Below, piece by piece: positions 61,287-64,000 of a DNA stretch of 64,000 bases. Under the pieces are notes generated by a model, which was not told where the DNA came from, made no database searches, and saw only the letters and a program-made list of their open reading frames with translations. Source of the stretch: a virus; the IMG/VR virus record IMGVR_UViG_3300025264_000007, positions 16,616 through 80,615 of that record; one strand, 5' to 3'. A program made the position numbers and the translations under genes. Position 1 is the first letter of the stretch, and the number at the start of each line of letters is the position of its first letter.

Positions 61287-62300
61287 TCAGTAAACCCCTC
61301 CCCCTCCGCGCAGTGCGCTCTTGGGCTTTGCACCCGGTTTCAAGTTAAGTAAGCCGCCCTTAGCGTTGTGCTCTTTGACTAGCTGCGCATTAGTTTTTGA
61401 TGCCTGCGCTGGCTGTAAGACTGCCGCGTTTGCTTGGGCGGCTGCGGCGGGGCCTTGGCGCTGAGCCATTGGCTTTTCCGGCGCAGGCGTCGCGGTTGAT
61501 CCATCAGGCTTTTTGGGGATCGGCGCGGCGCTTTTGGGTGGTGGCGGCGTGAGACCTTCCCCCGTCCCCGGCACTCCATAGGGGAAACCTTGTTGTTCTC
61601 CTCCCCGCAAATAGTAATCCGACCCCCGTTTTACCCAGCCGAGGGGGTGCTCATGCAATACGGTCATTTCAAAATTAAGGCGAATAGCTTTAGGGTAATA
61701 TTCCACCCCGTCGCCTTCATCATCATACCCCATTGACCACACAAACATGCCCGCATCCATTTCCGGGTCCATGGTAAAGCCGTTAACATATCCGAGTAAG
61801 CCGCCGCCTGTGGCAGAATCTTGAATCAAGTTGCCAAACTTAACCCGCAGTAAGGGTGCCATATTAATATTGGCTCCTGTTCCAGCTTCATAAAGAGGAT
61901 ATAAAAATTGCAGCAGTGTATTAACATTGTTCAGATTATCGACTGCGGCTTCAGCCGACTCCGCCGGAATCATCCATGATACGGAGACCGCGCGTCGTGT
62001 TGATTGGAAGGTGGCAATCGGATCCATTCTTCCATATACTTGCTCGGATGACCATTCAGAATTATAGGCATCACTAAAACTGTCGAGAAAAGCTGGGAAC
62101 TCAACAAACAATCCTGTGGGGAGGTGCTCTATTTCGAGCATCATTTCCTGTCCATGGGCAAGATTTTCGACCCCCGCCAGCCTTAATTGGTTATAGGGAG
62201 GGGGCTGTGATGTTACAAGACTCCCCAGCGTGGGGGAGGGGGCTTTAGTTCGGTCAGACGTAACCTGCTTTATTCCTTTTTTTGTGCGGCCGCTTGACAT
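61287..62300 (-). CDS. Tail tube initiator/baseplate protein (contractile tail)
   Basis: W...YGRMDPI..F..T.R.VSV; APLLRVKFGNLI. Confidence 0.6.
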   Translation of the reverse strand: MSSGRTKKGIKQVTSDRTKAPSPTLGSLVTSQPPPYNQLRLAGVENLAHGQEMMLEIEHLPTGLFVEFPAFLDSFSDAYNSEWSSEQVYGRMDPIATFQSTRRAVSVSWMIPAESAEAAVDNLNNVNTLLQFLYPLYEAGTGANINMAPLLRVKFGNLIQDSATGGGLLGYVNGFTMDPEMDAGMFVWSMGYDDEGDGVEYYPKAIRLNFEMTVLHEHPLGWVKRGSDYYLRGGEQQGFPYGVPGTGEGLTPPPPKSAAPIPKKPDGSTATPAPEKPMAQRQGPAAAAQANAAVLQPAQASKTNAQLVKEHNAKGGLLNLKPGAKPKSALRGGGGVY

Positions 62301-62313
62301 TATCTATTTCCTC

Positions 62314-64000
62314 CTAGGCAGTTGTCAAATTATATTTAGTATTGATTAGATCCGCAACCACATTACCAAGCTCACGTTCGTTAAGCATCAGCTTGATGTT
62401 CCTAGAAGCTGCTTGGGATTTAAGAGCAGATTCAACCGCTTTAGAGACCTCTTTCCCGATCTCTTTTGCCATTGCTCGGGAGTCTTGGGTAGCACCCCCA
62501 CCCTTACCACCTAGCAACGAAGTTCCTCCCATAATAATGTCGTCTTTGTGGAAGGGAGTAACTTTATTCCCGCGCATAATAAAGTCGCTTTGCGTCTGCT
62601 CCCGCGACATGGCAGCAGCGTCGATGGCCATCGATGCTGCGGTGCCGAGTCCCGGCACCATAGAGGCTGCGCCGGAGGCGATTTCCAGCCCTGCGCCGGT
62701 AAAATCTCCTTGGAGAAGTTTTTGAAGAGCCATGCCTCCGCCTACGAGCAGGCCAATACCGGGCAGCTTCTTTGATAGTTTCATAGCTCCCCCCAGGATC
62801 CCGCTGAATTTTCCAAAGAATCCTTTGCCTTTCTTGAGGGTGCTTCCTAATCCTTTAATTTTTCCCCATAAGCCTCCCATACCCTTTTTCATCCTGCCGG
62901 GGCCCTTTTGGGGGCGGGATTTGCGGAGGCCCGGGTCGTTGTCACCCATAACGGGGGGTGCGCCGGCAGTGATCGCTTGGGGTATGGATGCACTTGCGAA
63001 AGGATTAGTGCCTGACGCTGTTTTCATCAGCGTCGTGATGTCGCCCATCGTCTTCCACATCTTGCGCATTTGGGAGCCGGCGAGAATGATCCCCCCAACA
63101 AATTTTACCAACAAGAGACCCCCGATTACGAGAAGCCAGTTTTTAATTGTTGACCCCCACTTCTCGATTGATGCGGGGTCGAACTTTTTGGCGACGTCGC
63201 TGAGGTATTCAAGGAATTTCTCTAGTTTAGGAGCCATCTTCTCGAATAAGTTTTCCATAATCCCTCTGAACTTATCTGTGAGAGAGTTCATCTTCTCCAT
63301 TCTTTCGTTGATTCCTTTTTGTTCCGCTTTATATTTCGCAAGATCAGCAGGCGTGCCGAACAACCTCGATGCGGTGTCTACATCCACCTTCATGATCTCC
63401 GCAACTGCTTTTTTCTCCCACCGGTTCATGTCGGCAAAGTTTTTGCCGCGCATCCTAAACTCAGCGCGCAACATATCAATTCTCTCGGATTCGCTAGCCT
63501 TCATCAGTTCGATAGAGTTAAGGCGTAGCCCCAACTGAGCGTTAAGTTTTCCTGCTAGATCGGAAGCACCTTCAAAGGTATCCATTTGCTCACCGATATC
63601 AAACATCTGCTTAACGCTCACTCCTAGGGAGCGTGCCTGGCGAGCTAATTTTCTAAATTCTATGGTTCCTCTCCTACCAAATTTGGCTAGCTGGGGTGCC
63701 ATCGCCGCAAAATCTTTCACGATCTGACCGGTGGGAAGACCTACCGACTGTGCCAGGGTGTCAAATTCCAGAGTGGTCTTGGCTGCTGCCGTTGCACTCA
63801 TGTTCATCCCACGACTCAGATAGTCAATGGATTTACCGACGTCTCCGGCGTCTGCTCCAAGTCCCTGAAGGGCAATAGTCGTATCCACCATTGCCGATTG
63901 AGCCGCGTCGCCGGCACCGGCAAAGAGCGTAATGCTGGCGTTGGCACTGGAAATAGCTTTGCCGGTGTCAGCCATAGACTGACCAAAGCGATTGGCGGTC
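62314..64000 (-). CDS. Tape measure protein (5' end beyond the window)
   Basis: Ala/Gly/Lys-rich helical protein with TM segments; frame open to window edge. Confidence 0.75.
   Translation of the reverse strand, partial: TANRFGQSMADTGKAISSANASITLFAGAGDAAQSAMVDTTIALQGLGADAGDVGKSIDYLSRGMNMSATAAAKTTLEFDTLAQSVGLPTGQIVKDFAAMAPQLAKFGRRGTIEFRKLARQARSLGVSVKQMFDIGEQMDTFEGASDLAGKLNAQLGLRLNSIELMKASESERIDMLRAEFRMRGKNFADMNRWEKKAVAEIMKVDVDTASRLFGTPADLAKYKAEQKGINERMEKMNSLTDKFRGIMENLFEKMAPKLEKFLEYLSDVAKKFDPASIEKWGSTIKNWLLVIGGLLLVKFVGGIILAGSQMRKMWKTMGDITTLMKTASGTNPFASASIPQAITAGAPPVMGDNDPGLRKSRPQKGPGRMKKGMGGLWGKIKGLGSTLKKGKGFFGKFSGILGGAMKLSKKLPGIGLLVGGGMALQKLLQGDFTGAGLEIASGAASMVPGLGTAASMAIDAAAMSREQTQSDFIMRGNKVTPFHKDDIIMGGTSLLGGKGGGATQDSRAMAKEIGKEVSKAVESALKSQAASRNIKLMLNERELGNVVADLINTKYNLTTA

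Overview
This window is a 64-kb segment of a large (probably jumbo) tailed dsDNA bacteriophage. It uses the standard genetic code, and essentially every real gene is on the minus strand. In transcription order (high to low coordinate) it carries: (1) the end of a tail module (tape measure, tube-initiator-like and baseplate-like proteins); (2) a minimal family-A polymerase coupled to a divergent tubulin/FtsZ-like gene; (3) Hsp20 with a ROSE-like RNA thermometer; (4) a replication block (SSB, RecA, 5'-3' exonuclease, DnaB, class II RNR, DnaE, dUTPase); (5) a proteostasis set (GroEL, GroES, FtsH, ClpP, SlyD); (6) four DNA methyltransferases, two of them next to nuclease-like ORFs; (7) a MoxR-like AAA ATPase/VWA-metallopeptidase pair. 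The most unusual structure is an array of 55-90 aa 'MKxGDLV...LEVIS' (SH3/KOW-like) micro-genes at about 34.3-38.5 kb, with a second cluster at 0.8-1.7 kb. These genes are joined by a conserved dual-coding junction that encodes the last beta-strand, the Shine-Dalgarno, the next start and the stop together, with a recurring 14-nt overlap and roughly 180-bp periodicity. Other highlights are proteins sharing a putative capsid-targeting N-terminus (SAM-lyase-like, ART-like, Zeta-like kinase) and at least 13 sigma70-type promoters with a fixed 16-bp spacer. All functional calls come from motifs recognised by eye; no searches were run.
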